A DNA stretch of 64,000 nt from positions 153,365 through 217,364 of the forward strand of contig CAYQFS010000001.1 in the NCBI GenBank assembly GCA_964416985.1, written 5' to 3'. This DNA comes from an uncultured Candidatus Saccharibacteria bacterium. GTDB lineage: Bacteria; Patescibacteriota; Minisyncoccia; Phycocordibacterales; PALSA-1337. Made by a program: the position numbers and the translations under genes. Shown here piece after piece: positions 1 through 10,310 of this stretch. The notes beneath the pieces are model-generated. The model was not told the origin of the DNA and did no database searches. It saw only the letters and a program-made list of their open reading frames with translations. Numbering within the stretch: the first letter of the stretch is position 1; each line of letters opens with the position of its first letter.

Positions 1-546
1 ATGATTGAAAGAGTAGAGAATAACCCGGGGCCGCTCCTTGAAAAAACTGTGAAAATAAAAGAGGGGAGTAATGGAATGCCACCAAATTTTTATCTCTCAG
101 AAGACGACAACATTATTTTGTGCGGAAAAATAGACTGGCTCATTTACAAACCTGAAGATGACAGCGTCCATATTCTTGATTTTAAAACGGGAAAAAATGA
201 GGAGAAAGAGGATTCGCTTCAGCTTCCTATCTATTCATTACTCCTCAAAAATCTTCAGAAAAGAAAAGTAACCGGAGCGAGCTATTGGTATCTTGATCGT
301 GATGATGCACCGATCGAGGTTGGATTGCCCAATGAAGAAGAGGCTTTTGAGAGGGTTTCAGTAGTTGCTCAGCAGGTAAAGGCAGCGCGAGACCGTGCAG
401 CTCTCGAAGGTAATGAAAAAGTCTTTAGGTGTCCCCGAGGAGAAGCGGGCTGCTTTGCCTGTATTCCTTTTGAAAAAATTATCAAGGGAGAAGCGATATA
501 TGTTGGCGTAGGGGAAATGAGGCAGGATGTTTACATGATTCCTTAG
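1..546 (+). CDS. PD-(D/E)XK nuclease family protein (5' partial)
   Basis: GKIDW...ILDFKTG...QLPIY motifs and a C-terminal Cys cluster (RecB/Cas4-like); runs off the window start. Confidence 0.8.
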   Translation: MIERVENNPGPLLEKTVKIKEGSNGMPPNFYLSEDDNIILCGKIDWLIYKPEDDSVHILDFKTGKNEEKEDSLQLPIYSLLLKNLQKRKVTGASYWYLDRDDAPIEVGLPNEEEAFERVSVVAQQVKAARDRAALEGNEKVFRCPRGEAGCFACIPFEKIIKGEAIYVGVGEMRQDVYMIP

Positions 547-556
547 CGGGGTAGTT

Positions 557-1435
557 TTATTTGAAAGGAAAAGCAATGGTAAATGTGCTTCCTTTTCCTA
601 TTTCGCTTGTGACAGCAATAGTTCCCTTGAGATCATTTTCAACAATTGATTTTACGGTAGAAAGTCCAATGCCAGTTCCACGATCGGGAGGTTTTGTCGT
701 AAAAAACGGATTAAATATTTTTTCAATGTGAGAAGGGGAGATGCCACTGCCATTATCTTGTGCGACAAATATGATTGAGTAATCCTCTTTTAAAAGTGAG
801 AGATGTAGTATTTTTTGCTTAGAGTATTTTTCATCAAATGAATCAAGAGCGTTTGATATGAGGTTTGAAAAGACCTGGCGTAGCTTGATCGGATCGCCAT
901 GGTACATGACAGTAAGAGAAATATCGGTTGTGATAGTAACAGCCTCTGTCTTTGAACGAAATGAGAATAGCTCGATTACGTTTTTGAGTTCTTCTCCCGG
1001 GTTAAATTCATGGTCGGCCTGTTCTTTTTGCATACTTGTACGGATATTTTGTATATATGCGGCCATTCGTTTTGATGCATCAATAGCTTTCTCAAGATTT
1101 TTGTGGACGACACCTGCTTCAGCCGAAGCTGTTTTTAATTTTTCTGTGTGGAGGATAACAGATGTGAGTGGTGTCATAAGATCATGAAAGAGTCCTTGCG
1201 AGAGTCTTCCAAATTCTGCCACCTTCGCAAGCTCGTTCATTCTTTCAGTTCGGAACTGTTTCATTTCCTCGGTCTGTTCTTCAAGCTTACCAATGAGCAC
1301 CGCCTTTTCTTTTTCAAGGTCCTTTTCAGCATTCTTCATCTTATTTAAAGAGATTTTTATCTCTTTGTGTGAAAGGAGAAAAAGAGTAATGACGAGTACG
1401 ATTATAAGACCGATAATGACGAAGTCGAGAATCAT
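557..1435 (-). CDS. Sensor histidine kinase, single N-terminal TM helix
   Basis: H-box FHDLMTPLT, N-box QVFSNLISNA, DNGSG, FFTTK, GTGIGL; start placed at ATG 1435 (MILDFV). Confidence 0.9.
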   Translation of the reverse strand: MILDFVIIGLIIVLVITLFLLSHKEIKISLNKMKNAEKDLEKEKAVLIGKLEEQTEEMKQFRTERMNELAKVAEFGRLSQGLFHDLMTPLTSVILHTEKLKTASAEAGVVHKNLEKAIDASKRMAAYIQNIRTSMQKEQADHEFNPGEELKNVIELFSFRSKTEAVTITTDISLTVMYHGDPIKLRQVFSNLISNALDSFDEKYSKQKILHLSLLKEDYSIIFVAQDNGSGISPSHIEKIFNPFFTTKPPDRGTGIGLSTVKSIVENDLKGTIAVTSEIGKGSTFTIAFPFK

Positions 1436-1452
1436 AACATGTTTGTTGTAGC

Positions 1453-1580
1453 AAAATGCCCCATGAAGCGATAGGAGGATGATCCAGGCGCCCGTACCCA
1501 CGGAGGCAGGATCTTCTCTCGAATATCTTCACGAAGGCATTTTAAAGTGTCCACTTTTGCATCAATGTCGACCCATTGAT
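1453..1580 (-). ncRNA. Candidate structured RNA between response regulator and kinase
   Basis: About 90-nt irregular rod (AAAATGCC/GGCATTTT, GATCC/GGATC, CCGT/ACGG) with G-U pairs only on the minus strand, plus a 7-bp hairpin at 1561-1580, downstream of a TATACT -10. Confidence 0.4.
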
Positions 1581-1602
1581 TGAGATGAGTATACACACCC
1601 GA

Positions 1603-1643
1603 GATAAAATTCTGATAAAAAAGTTCTAAAGAAAAGTTAAAAT
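1603..1643 (-). promoter_or_regulatory. 11-bp-phased direct-repeat array (candidate OmpR-family site), copy 1
   Basis: ATTTTAAC/TCTTTAGA/TTTTTATC/ATTTTATC at 11-bp period, then 9 nt and TATACT. Confidence 0.6.
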
Positions 1644-1649
1644 CCATAG

Positions 1650-2318
1650 TTACAACTCAATTATGTAGCCTCGTCCAGGGATATTTCTAATGAGTTCACG
1701 CTTGTTGCCTGCATTCACTTTTTTTCGGAGATTTAGAATGTGTGCTTCTACGGTGTTTGAGAAGGGGTCACTTTCAGCATTCCAGACATGTTCCATTATC
1801 ATGCTTCTTGATAGGATAACACCTTGGTTCCTCATAAGATATTCGAGAAGGTTGTATTCTTTGCGGGTAAGATATATTGGGACACCATTTCTGAAAGCGC
1901 ATTGTCGTTCGATGTTGATACTTAATTCACCGATTGTGATTGTTGAATTCTCTATTTTCTTAGGGCGTCGCATGACTGCTTTGATACGTGCTTTGAGTTC
2001 ATCAAAGGAAAATGGTTTTGTTATGTAGTCATCAGCCCCCTTTTCAAGAGCTGCAATCTTTATCTTACTATCTCCTGTTACTGAGAGGAAAATAATGGGG
2101 ATTGTTGAGCCATAAGCTCTAATTTCACTACAGACCGTGAGACCATCCTTAGTGGGAAGGGAATAATCGAGAATAATAAGGTCGTATGTATTTGTCCTCG
2201 CCTCATATGATCCTTTTGCACCATCAGCCACCACATCGACTATATATCCTTCATCCATGAGGCTTTCACTCAGGTATTCAGATATATGAGGGTCATCCTC
2301 GATCACTATGATTTTCAT
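1650..2318 (-). CDS. OmpR/PhoB-family response regulator
   Basis: IEDD, LIILD, GADDYITKPF receiver domain; winged helix LTRKEY...RNIPGRGY. Confidence 0.95.
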   Translation of the reverse strand: MKIIVIEDDPHISEYLSESLMDEGYIVDVVADGAKGSYEARTNTYDLIILDYSLPTKDGLTVCSEIRAYGSTIPIIFLSVTGDSKIKIAALEKGADDYITKPFSFDELKARIKAVMRRPKKIENSTITIGELSINIERQCAFRNGVPIYLTRKEYNLLEYLMRNQGVILSRSMIMEHVWNAESDPFSNTVEAHILNLRKKVNAGNKRELIRNIPGRGYIIEL

Positions 2319-2380
2319 GGGTCAATTATACTGGAATATCGAATAACGCAAGGGTTTTTGAGGGGAAATCTATCACAAAA

Positions 2381-2421
2381 ACTTTATCAAAACTTTATTA
2401 TTTTTTAGGTATTTCTTGATC
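2381..2421 (+). promoter_or_regulatory. 11-bp-phased direct-repeat array, copy 2
   Basis: ACTTTATC (2381), ACTTTATT (2392), TCTTGATC (2414), then 10 nt and TATACT at 2432. Confidence 0.65.
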
Positions 2422-2452
2422 ATCAATATGGTATACTATAGTGTTATATCAT

Positions 2453-3721
2453 ATGCCACATACTATTCTCAATTTTCTTGACAGTCTTCCATCTCTCATT
2501 GCTCAGGGAGGGTACTGGGTCATGAGTATTATTGTCATTCTTGAAGGAGCACCTATTGTAGGATCCCTTCTTCCGGGTCATATTGCAATCGTTGCTGCTG
2601 GTTTTCTTGCCAAGATGGGGATTCTCAATGTCTGGTTTGTCATCATTGTTGGATCGATCTCAGCTATCATTGGCGATATGATTGGTTTCTTTGCTGGGAG
2701 GAAATATGGCTATCCTCTACTTTCAAAATTTGCAAAGTACATTTTTATAAAAGAAATTCATATCGAGAAAGCCAAGAAGCTTATTGGTGCTCATACAGGA
2801 AAATCTCTTATTATTGGAAAATTCAGTCCAGTGACTCGTCCGCTCACTCCATTTCTCGTCGGTGCAAGTAATGCTAATTTCAAGACATTCTGTTTTTATA
2901 ACATTGTGAGTGCGATCATCTGGATAACAGCTTCTGTAATGGTCGGATATGTTTTTGGAGCGAGTTACTCTGCTGCATCACATGTTCTTGGAAAATGGAT
3001 TGGAGTTGCCTTCATCATAACTATTCTCACAATTTGGGGATACCATTTTGCAAACAAGCGGTTCCATATCTTTAAGCGGTACGAGCTTTTTGTTCTCATT
3101 TTGAATCTCCTTGCTCTTTGGGGTCTCGCAAAAACAGTCCAAGATGCATTTTCCCTGAGGCCATTCCTTATAAATTTTGATGAATGGGTGAGTGCTTTTA
3201 TGCTCAGCCACGTTTCCCCAATATTTACTTCATTCGCTCTTCTCATCACACATCTTGGTAGCACCGAGGTGACCATTTCTCTTGGGATAATTATCGGAAT
3301 TGCTTTTCTCATCAAAAAGAAATGGAGAAGGGGAGCAATTATGCTTATGTCAGTCCTCTCGACAAGTGTTGCAGTTGTTTTTATAAAGGGAATTGTTGAA
3401 CGTGCACGTCCTGAAAATGCAGTAACCTTGTACGGTCTCGTTGATCCAAGCTTTCCAAGCGGTCACGCCGCTCTAGCCGCTGCATTTTTTGTGGCTTTAG
3501 CGTATATCCTTGCTCCACACATCAGTTCGTGGGTCAAAAGAGAATTGGTAATCGTTTTCTGTGTTCTCGCTGCCCTTGGCGTGGGGCTCAGTCGAATTGT
3601 CCTTAATGTTCATTGGGCATCAGATGTCATTGCTGGTTGGTGTCTCGGGGTCTTTCTTGCGACACTCTCAGTGCTTCTTGTGAGGTATGTTGGGTTTTTA
3701 TTTCTTAGCGAGGATAAGTGA
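2453..3721 (+). CDS. Bifunctional DedA / PAP2 phosphatase membrane protein
   Basis: DedA motifs (LLPG, IIGDMIGF..GRKYG) and PAP2 motifs K..VERARP, SFPSGH, SRIVLNVHWASDV. Confidence 0.9.
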   Translation: MPHTILNFLDSLPSLIAQGGYWVMSIIVILEGAPIVGSLLPGHIAIVAAGFLAKMGILNVWFVIIVGSISAIIGDMIGFFAGRKYGYPLLSKFAKYIFIKEIHIEKAKKLIGAHTGKSLIIGKFSPVTRPLTPFLVGASNANFKTFCFYNIVSAIIWITASVMVGYVFGASYSAASHVLGKWIGVAFIITILTIWGYHFANKRFHIFKRYELFVLILNLLALWGLAKTVQDAFSLRPFLINFDEWVSAFMLSHVSPIFTSFALLITHLGSTEVTISLGIIIGIAFLIKKKWRRGAIMLMSVLSTSVAVVFIKGIVERARPENAVTLYGLVDPSFPSGHAALAAAFFVALAYILAPHISSWVKRELVIVFCVLAALGVGLSRIVLNVHWASDVIAGWCLGVFLATLSVLLVRYVGFLFLSEDK

Positions 3722-5230
3722 TCGGCCGGTCATTTCCTTTACTTCGGGTAAATTGAGAAGATCGAGAACTGTAGGGGCAAGATCTGCAAGCCCACCTTCT
3801 CGTAATGTATAGTCTTTACTAGTTAGTATACAAGGGACTGGGTTGGTCGTGTGCGCTGTGTGTTTCTCACCTGATATTGGATCGATATTTACTTCTGCAT
3901 TTCCGTGATCTGCTGTGATGATGGCAATGCCACCTTTCTTTTCGAGAGCTTCAATTACTCGCTGTAGTTGTGTGTCAACAGTCTCTACAGCAGTGATGAT
4001 TGCTGGAACATTTGCTGTGTGTCCAACCATGTCTGCATTAGCAAAATTAATGAAAATGAAATCAATTCCTTTTTCAATTTCCTCGAGAGCTTTGTCAGCG
4101 ATTTCTTTTGCTCTCATTTCAGGTGCTTCATCGTGGGTTTTTATGTCTTTGTGACTCGCCACCATAATATGACGTTCACCTGTTTGAGGTTTTTCTCTTC
4201 CTGAATTAAGAAAGTAAGTAGCATGGGGGAACTTTTCAGTCTCAGCGATTCTACTCTGTAAGAGTCCAGCTTTTGAGATTTCTCCTCCTAGGGTTTTGTC
4301 TACAGTAACAGGAGGGAAGGCGACGTGTGAATTATATTCGCGTGCGTATTCGGTTAGAGTTACAACGTAGAGATTTTCAGTTTTTTGTTTCTCAAGAAGT
4401 TTTTGAGTAATCATTCGGGCTCGGTCAGCTCTGAAATTAAAGAAAAATACCCCGTCATTTTTTTCGAACGCACATCCTTTTCCATCAAGATTTGCACAGA
4501 CGGTAGGTTCGAGTAATTCATCATTTTTTCCAAGCTTGTACTGTTCTTCGAGGTATGATGAAGGTCGTATTTCGCAGACATTTCCCTTACACTCGAACAT
4601 TGCTTTTTCGGTTCTTGCAAGACGATCCCAGTTGTTATCTCGATCCATGGCATAGTAGCGCCCAGAAATCGTTGCAATAAAGAATTCCGGACCGAGCTCT
4701 TCGATGAGTGCTTCAAGTTCCTTGATATATTTTGATGCACTCTGTGGAGGTGTATCGCGTCCATCGGTAAAGATATGAATTGCAACCTTCTTCATTCCTT
4801 GAGCCTTTGCCTCTCTGAGAAAAGCGAAAAGGTGATTTTGATGGCTGTGTACGCCTCCAATGCTAAGAAGACCTTGCACATGCAAGGTTGAGTTATTTTT
4901 TCGGACATGGTCGAAGAGAGCCACAAAAGCAGGGTTGGTATGGAGAGCTCCTTCGGCGATTGCCTTGTCGATACGTACTAGGTCGGTATCTACAGGTTTT
5001 CCTGCACCTATTGTGGTGTGCCCAACTTCACTGTTTCCCATTTGTCCTTCAGGAAGCCCAACCGCGTTTCCAGATGCCTTAAGGAGAGAATGGGGATATT
5101 TCTCCCAGATTGAATTGAAAAATGGAGTTCTAGCGGCAGCAATAGCGTTATCTTTTTTTTCAACTCGATACCCCCAGCCATCAAGGACAATTAGCATTAC
5201 TGGCTTCTTCACGATCTTTGGTTTATTCAT
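3698..5230 (-). CDS. gpmI: 2,3-bisphosphoglycerate-independent phosphoglycerate mutase
   Basis: LDGWG, GQMGNSEVGH, DGRD, ADMVGH, TADHGNAE; alternative start at 5242. Confidence 0.97.
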   Translation of the reverse strand: MNKPKIVKKPVMLIVLDGWGYRVEKKDNAIAAARTPFFNSIWEKYPHSLLKASGNAVGLPEGQMGNSEVGHTTIGAGKPVDTDLVRIDKAIAEGALHTNPAFVALFDHVRKNNSTLHVQGLLSIGGVHSHQNHLFAFLREAKAQGMKKVAIHIFTDGRDTPPQSASKYIKELEALIEELGPEFFIATISGRYYAMDRDNNWDRLARTEKAMFECKGNVCEIRPSSYLEEQYKLGKNDELLEPTVCANLDGKGCAFEKNDGVFFFNFRADRARMITQKLLEKQKTENLYVVTLTEYAREYNSHVAFPPVTVDKTLGGEISKAGLLQSRIAETEKFPHATYFLNSGREKPQTGERHIMVASHKDIKTHDEAPEMRAKEIADKALEEIEKGIDFIFINFANADMVGHTANVPAIITAVETVDTQLQRVIEALEKKGGIAIITADHGNAEVNIDPISGEKHTAHTTNPVPCILTSKDYTLREGGLADLAPTVLDLLNLPEVKEMTGRSLILAKK

Positions 5231-5294
5231 ATGTCGCCCCATTCTAACCTTTTTTTGCTTTAATTTCTAATATGATCTAATGCCATAACACAAA

Positions 5295-5346
5295 TGTGGA
5301 AATACTGTTGATAACTTGTTCGTAACTGGTGTTTTTATGTGGATAA
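5295..5346 (-). promoter_or_regulatory. Cluster of DnaA-box-like 9-mers
   Basis: Perfect TGTGGATAA at 5338, TGTTGATAA at 5306, TGTGGAAAT at 5295, weaker TGTTCGTAA at 5317. Confidence 0.55.
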
Positions 5347-5361
5347 TGTGTTGGTTTCGGA

Positions 5362-6669
<1,308 letters not shown>

Positions 6670-6735
6670 TTATATATGAATTTAAAAGGGAAGACAAACC
6701 ATACATTTTTCTCACGGAACTCTTGACAAAACGCG

Positions 6736-6776
6736 ACTTTATCAAAACTTTATTTAAATTTTATCAGGATTTTATC
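6736..6776 (+). promoter_or_regulatory. 11-bp-phased direct-repeat array, copy 3
   Basis: ACTTTATC 6736, ACTTTATT 6747, ATTTTATC 6758, ATTTTATC 6769, then 9 nt and TATGGT preceded by TGn. Confidence 0.7.
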
Positions 6777-6799
6777 TCGATCTGATATGGTTGGGTCTG

Positions 6800-6867
6800 G
6801 CCGGAGGCTTGGCGCGGGATGAGACTTAGTAATCTATATCCTAAGGGTTCGAATCCCTTCTTCGGCT
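6800..6867 (+). ncRNA. tRNA-like RNA lacking a D-stem
   Basis: Acceptor GCCGGAG/CTTCGGC, T-arm AAGGG-TTCGAAT-CCCTT, extended anticodon-like arm with 8-nt loop CTTAGTAA. Confidence 0.55.
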
Positions 6868-6888
6868 AAGATTAAATAAAGGAAAGAG

Positions 6889-6916
6889 TTGACTTTTTAA
6901 ATAGTCTCGCTATACT
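6889..6916 (+). promoter_or_regulatory. Sigma70-type promoter
   Basis: TTGACT-16 nt-TATACT. Confidence 0.6.
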
Positions 6917-6921
6917 TATTC

Positions 6922-7010
6922 CATACTAAGTCTGGTCTTACGAGAAATCGTAATAGCGCCAAAGCAGGATGTAGATGAGAAAGCTGCCCCCAAAGGGGTG
7001 GTTTTCTTTT
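6922..7010 (+). ncRNA. Candidate small RNA or attenuator
   Basis: Lies between the promoter and a terminator; TTACGA-GAAA-TCGTAA hairpin; no credible ORF. Confidence 0.4.
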
Positions 7011-7012
7011 GT
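6978..7012 (+). terminator. Intrinsic terminator
   Basis: AGAAAGCTGCCCC-CAAA-GGGGTGGTTTTCT followed by a T-rich tail. Confidence 0.7.
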
Positions 7013-7051
7013 TTTATTGCCATTCTTTCATTTTTACCCCATACTCATTAC

Positions 7052-7825
7052 ATGAACGACAAAAAAGACACCTCATGGGGCAAGGTAGCGGGCTGGTACG
7101 ATGAAATGCTCGAAAATAAGGACGGGACTTATCAAAAGGAGGTCATCCTGCCAAACCTCATGCGTCTCATTAACCCTCAAAAAGGGGAGAAAATTATTGA
7201 TATTGCCTGCGGGCAGGGGTTCTTTTCCCGGGCACTTCTCGAAGCGGGAGCGCAAGTTACTGGTACTGACATTGCAAAGGAACTCATTGGTCTCGCAAAG
7301 ATGCATTCTCCGCAATCAATTACTTTTGAAGTTGCACCTGCAGATGTTCTCAACTTTGCAAAAGACGCAACATACGACAAGGCACTTATTGTCCTTGCTC
7401 TCCAAAACATAGAAAACCTTCAGGGAGCTCTCCGCGAAGCATATCGGGTTTTGAAACCTGGTGGAACTTTTTATATTGTTTTAAATCATCCTGCATTTCG
7501 AATTCCAAAAAGCTCAAGTTGGAACTGGGACCACGAAACTCATCGACAGTACCGAAGAATCGATTCATACATGTCAGATGCACGAGAAAGAATTGAAATG
7601 AATCCAGGCGCTCAGAAAGTAGGTGAAAAGAGATTTACCATTTCGTTCCATCGACCTCTCCAACTCTATTTCAAAATGCTCAACAAGGCAGGATTTCTCA
7701 TGGGTCGTGTTGAAGAATGGGTTTCTCACAAGAAGAGCAATCCGGGACCGCGCCAGGCAGAGGAAGATCGAATCCGAAAGGAGATACCAATGTTCTTGTT
7801 TATCGAGGCGAAGAAAATGGTATAA
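7052..7825 (+). CDS. Class I SAM-dependent methyltransferase
   Basis: IIDIACGQG, GTD, RVLKPGG. Confidence 0.9.
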   Translation: MNDKKDTSWGKVAGWYDEMLENKDGTYQKEVILPNLMRLINPQKGEKIIDIACGQGFFSRALLEAGAQVTGTDIAKELIGLAKMHSPQSITFEVAPADVLNFAKDATYDKALIVLALQNIENLQGALREAYRVLKPGGTFYIVLNHPAFRIPKSSSWNWDHETHRQYRRIDSYMSDARERIEMNPGAQKVGEKRFTISFHRPLQLYFKMLNKAGFLMGRVEEWVSHKKSNPGPRQAEEDRIRKEIPMFLFIEAKKMV

Positions 7826-7832
7826 TTTACTC

Positions 7833-8081
7833 ATGAACATAATCCTCTACACAAAATCTGGTTGCCCGTGGTGCAAGGGGGTCCTTGATCTATTTAAAGA
7901 GAAAAAAGTAAAGTTTGAAGAAAGAGAAGTTTTGAGTAACCCAGTATTTTTCGAAGAATTAAGAAAGAAATCAGGACAAGAAAAAACTCCGACACTTGAT
8001 ATTGATGGAGAAATTTTGGCTGACTCAGATCGCGAGGTAGTGGAGAAATATCTAAAAGAGAAGAAATATCTTGGATTCTAG
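7833..8081 (+). CDS. Glutaredoxin-like protein
   Basis: CPWC motif, SGQEKTPTL; ATG 6 nt after TATAAT. Confidence 0.9.
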   Translation: MNIILYTKSGCPWCKGVLDLFKEKKVKFEEREVLSNPVFFEELRKKSGQEKTPTLDIDGEILADSDREVVEKYLKEKKYLGF

Positions 8082-8101
8082 TGCTAGTAAGTTAGCTTGA
8101 A

Positions 8102-9097
8102 TTATTTTAGCCACGCGGGTCTTAGTGGATGAGATGGCTTGTTCATCCTTTGGTGGACTGGGATTTGTGATGCCTGAAGAACTTTTGCCGGGTACATTAT
8201 CGCGTCTTCAATACCTTTTTCTATCGGAATGTTTGGAGTAATACCAATATCTCTTTTTATTTTTTCCATAGCATAGACGTGTGGCAATGTCGTCATTTCC
8301 CAGCCTTTCATTTCTTCCCAAACAGTACTTATATCTACGTTTTCTATTGTCAACCGAGAACCAATTTGGCGAGCAATTTCAGTATAATAATTCTTGGCTG
8401 TGATGATTTTGGGATTTACCAAATTATAAGCCTGACCAAAAGTGGTGGCATTTCCAATTATTTTACAGATTGCCGTGGCAATATCTTTTGGATGAACATA
8501 ATTAAAATTAATATTTCCACCATTGCATAGCTTGAGTGCCTCATTATTTTTTATTCTCTCGATAAGTTTTGGATCTCTGTTATGTTCAGGAATACAGCCA
8601 AGTAATGATTCGGCTCCAAGAATGTGATATGGCCGTAGTAGTGTCCAATTTACATTAGTGATTGAATGCCAAAACTTCTCTAGACTCACTTTTCCATCAA
8701 CGTAGCCACCAAATTTTCCCTTAGGAGCAAGTGGATTGTCTTCCGAAATCTTTTCCGTATTTTCTGCGGTTCGATCATATACAAGAGTAGTGCTTATGGT
8801 GATGATGTGCTGAGCACGACCTTTGAACAGGGTGTATGTATTTTCCGTACTTTTTTCGTCAAAGGCGATAATATCGATAACTGCATCCCATGCTTGATTG
8901 ATTTCAGAATTTAGCTTTTGGATTAAATCCTTGTATTCGTTTGTCGTACGATCAGCGACGTATTGTTTTACAATTGACGGAAAATTTGTTTTATCAAGAG
9001 CGATTGAGTATATGTTGTAAATATTATTTCGGATAAGTTCTGCAACCAAGGGTTTTCCTATTACTCCCGTTCCACCAATTATGAGTACATTCATCAT
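8102..9097 (-). CDS. NAD-dependent epimerase/dehydratase family protein
   Basis: IIGGTGVIG, YVDGK (YxxxK), LRP. Confidence 0.85.
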   Translation of the reverse strand: MMNVLIIGGTGVIGKPLVAELIRNNIYNIYSIALDKTNFPSIVKQYVADRTTNEYKDLIQKLNSEINQAWDAVIDIIAFDEKSTENTYTLFKGRAQHIITISTTLVYDRTAENTEKISEDNPLAPKGKFGGYVDGKVSLEKFWHSITNVNWTLLRPYHILGAESLLGCIPEHNRDPKLIERIKNNEALKLCNGGNINFNYVHPKDIATAICKIIGNATTFGQAYNLVNPKIITAKNYYTEIARQIGSRLTIENVDISTVWEEMKGWEMTTLPHVYAMEKIKRDIGITPNIPIEKGIEDAIMYPAKVLQASQIPVHQRMNKPSHPLRPAWLK

Positions 9098-9104
9098 ATT
9101 AATT

Positions 9105-10283
9105 TTAGTTCGTATCCCTTAATCTCCAAATAGGAATCATCGCCAAGAGGCACATTATTCCAAGTGCAATAAAGAGCACGGTTATGTCTTTGGTAAATAG
9201 AAAACCTATGGTAGTAATGATCGGAGCAATAAAGTAGGCAAGAGGACGAGTGACCCGGAAGAAGCCGAGCATGTTCGAGTCATTTGGGGAGACGGTTTTA
9301 AAGAAATACGCTTCAATCATAACTTCGGCAGCAGCAGCACCGACTCGAGTCATAAAGAGAGCAAGAGCCCAGATCCAAATACTGTGTGAGGTAATTCCTG
9401 CAAGAGCAATTGTTGCAAGGCCGAGGAGTGCGAATCCAATCATCATAATTTCCTTCTCCCCATACTTTTTATCGGCAAGTTTGCCGAGAGGCCACTGAGC
9501 AATAGGGAAAGGAAGGAGCATGATGGTGAGGATGATTCCGATTTGAGTCCAATTAAATCCAATCGTCGTGTGTAAATAAATTGGGCTGTACACAACCATC
9601 CATGAATAAAAGACCTGAAGAATAATATTTATAGCAAAAAGCTTTGAATGGTCACGGCTCTTCAAGACGTGTTTGAACGTTCCAAAAAGGGAAGGATGAG
9701 TGTAGTGTGGATCTTTGAAGCGAGGGAAATTTTTGTAGACGAGATAAAGAAGGGGGAAGAGCATGTAGAGAGCGGCCACGTAGACACCTCGGTAGTCGTT
9801 TGAGTTGCCGATGATCATTGTCCCGATGAGAGGTGTGATGACCCAGGCAGTGTTCAAGGTCGTAAGATACATTCCGCGGATTCTTCCAACATTTTCCTTT
9901 TCAGAATATGTCTCAAGAAACACATCGAGGCAGAAACCGATAAGGCTCACAACCGCCATTTGTGCAATGAAAAGAGCGGCAATAGCGATTGGGTTTGTGA
10001 CAACGGTCAGTCCGTAGAAAAGGCCAATCTGGATTAAGATGAGCCAGACAGCCGTGAGGTAGTTTCCTACTTTCCGGAGAAAAGTAGGGATAAAAAGAAA
10101 GCCAAAAATGGTCAGAGCCGAGCTTATCATGTAGATGAGTCCTACATTCTCTTCTGACGTAAAAAGGGAAAGGAAGCTCGAGCTCGAGTAGGTCGGCAAG
10201 ACGGCGTGAATGGTGGCGATGAAGCCGATAACTGTAATTGTGTAGATGACCCGGCTCTTTCCGAGAGATGAATGATGAAGCAT
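9105..10283 (-). CDS. MFS transporter
   Basis: About 12 hydrophobic segments, GKLADKKYGEK motif A. Confidence 0.85.
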   Translation of the reverse strand: MLHHSSLGKSRVIYTITVIGFIATIHAVLPTYSSSSFLSLFTSEENVGLIYMISSALTIFGFLFIPTFLRKVGNYLTAVWLILIQIGLFYGLTVVTNPIAIAALFIAQMAVVSLIGFCLDVFLETYSEKENVGRIRGMYLTTLNTAWVITPLIGTMIIGNSNDYRGVYVAALYMLFPLLYLVYKNFPRFKDPHYTHPSLFGTFKHVLKSRDHSKLFAINIILQVFYSWMVVYSPIYLHTTIGFNWTQIGIILTIMLLPFPIAQWPLGKLADKKYGEKEIMMIGFALLGLATIALAGITSHSIWIWALALFMTRVGAAAAEVMIEAYFFKTVSPNDSNMLGFFRVTRPLAYFIAPIITTIGFLFTKDITVLFIALGIMCLLAMIPIWRLRDTN

Positions 10284-10310
10284 ATACGCCCTATTATAGC
10301 GTCAAAATGC

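Noticed and set aside
1470-1515. SRP (4.5S) RNA on the plus strand (CAGG...GCAG)
   Set aside because: No GNRA/GGAA tetraloop at the right spacing, and the wobble pattern favours the minus strand
6800-6867. tmRNA or a canonical tRNA-Leu/Thr
   Set aside because: No G3-U70 pair, tag ORF or CCA; no D-stem and no 7-nt anticodon loop with a paired stem
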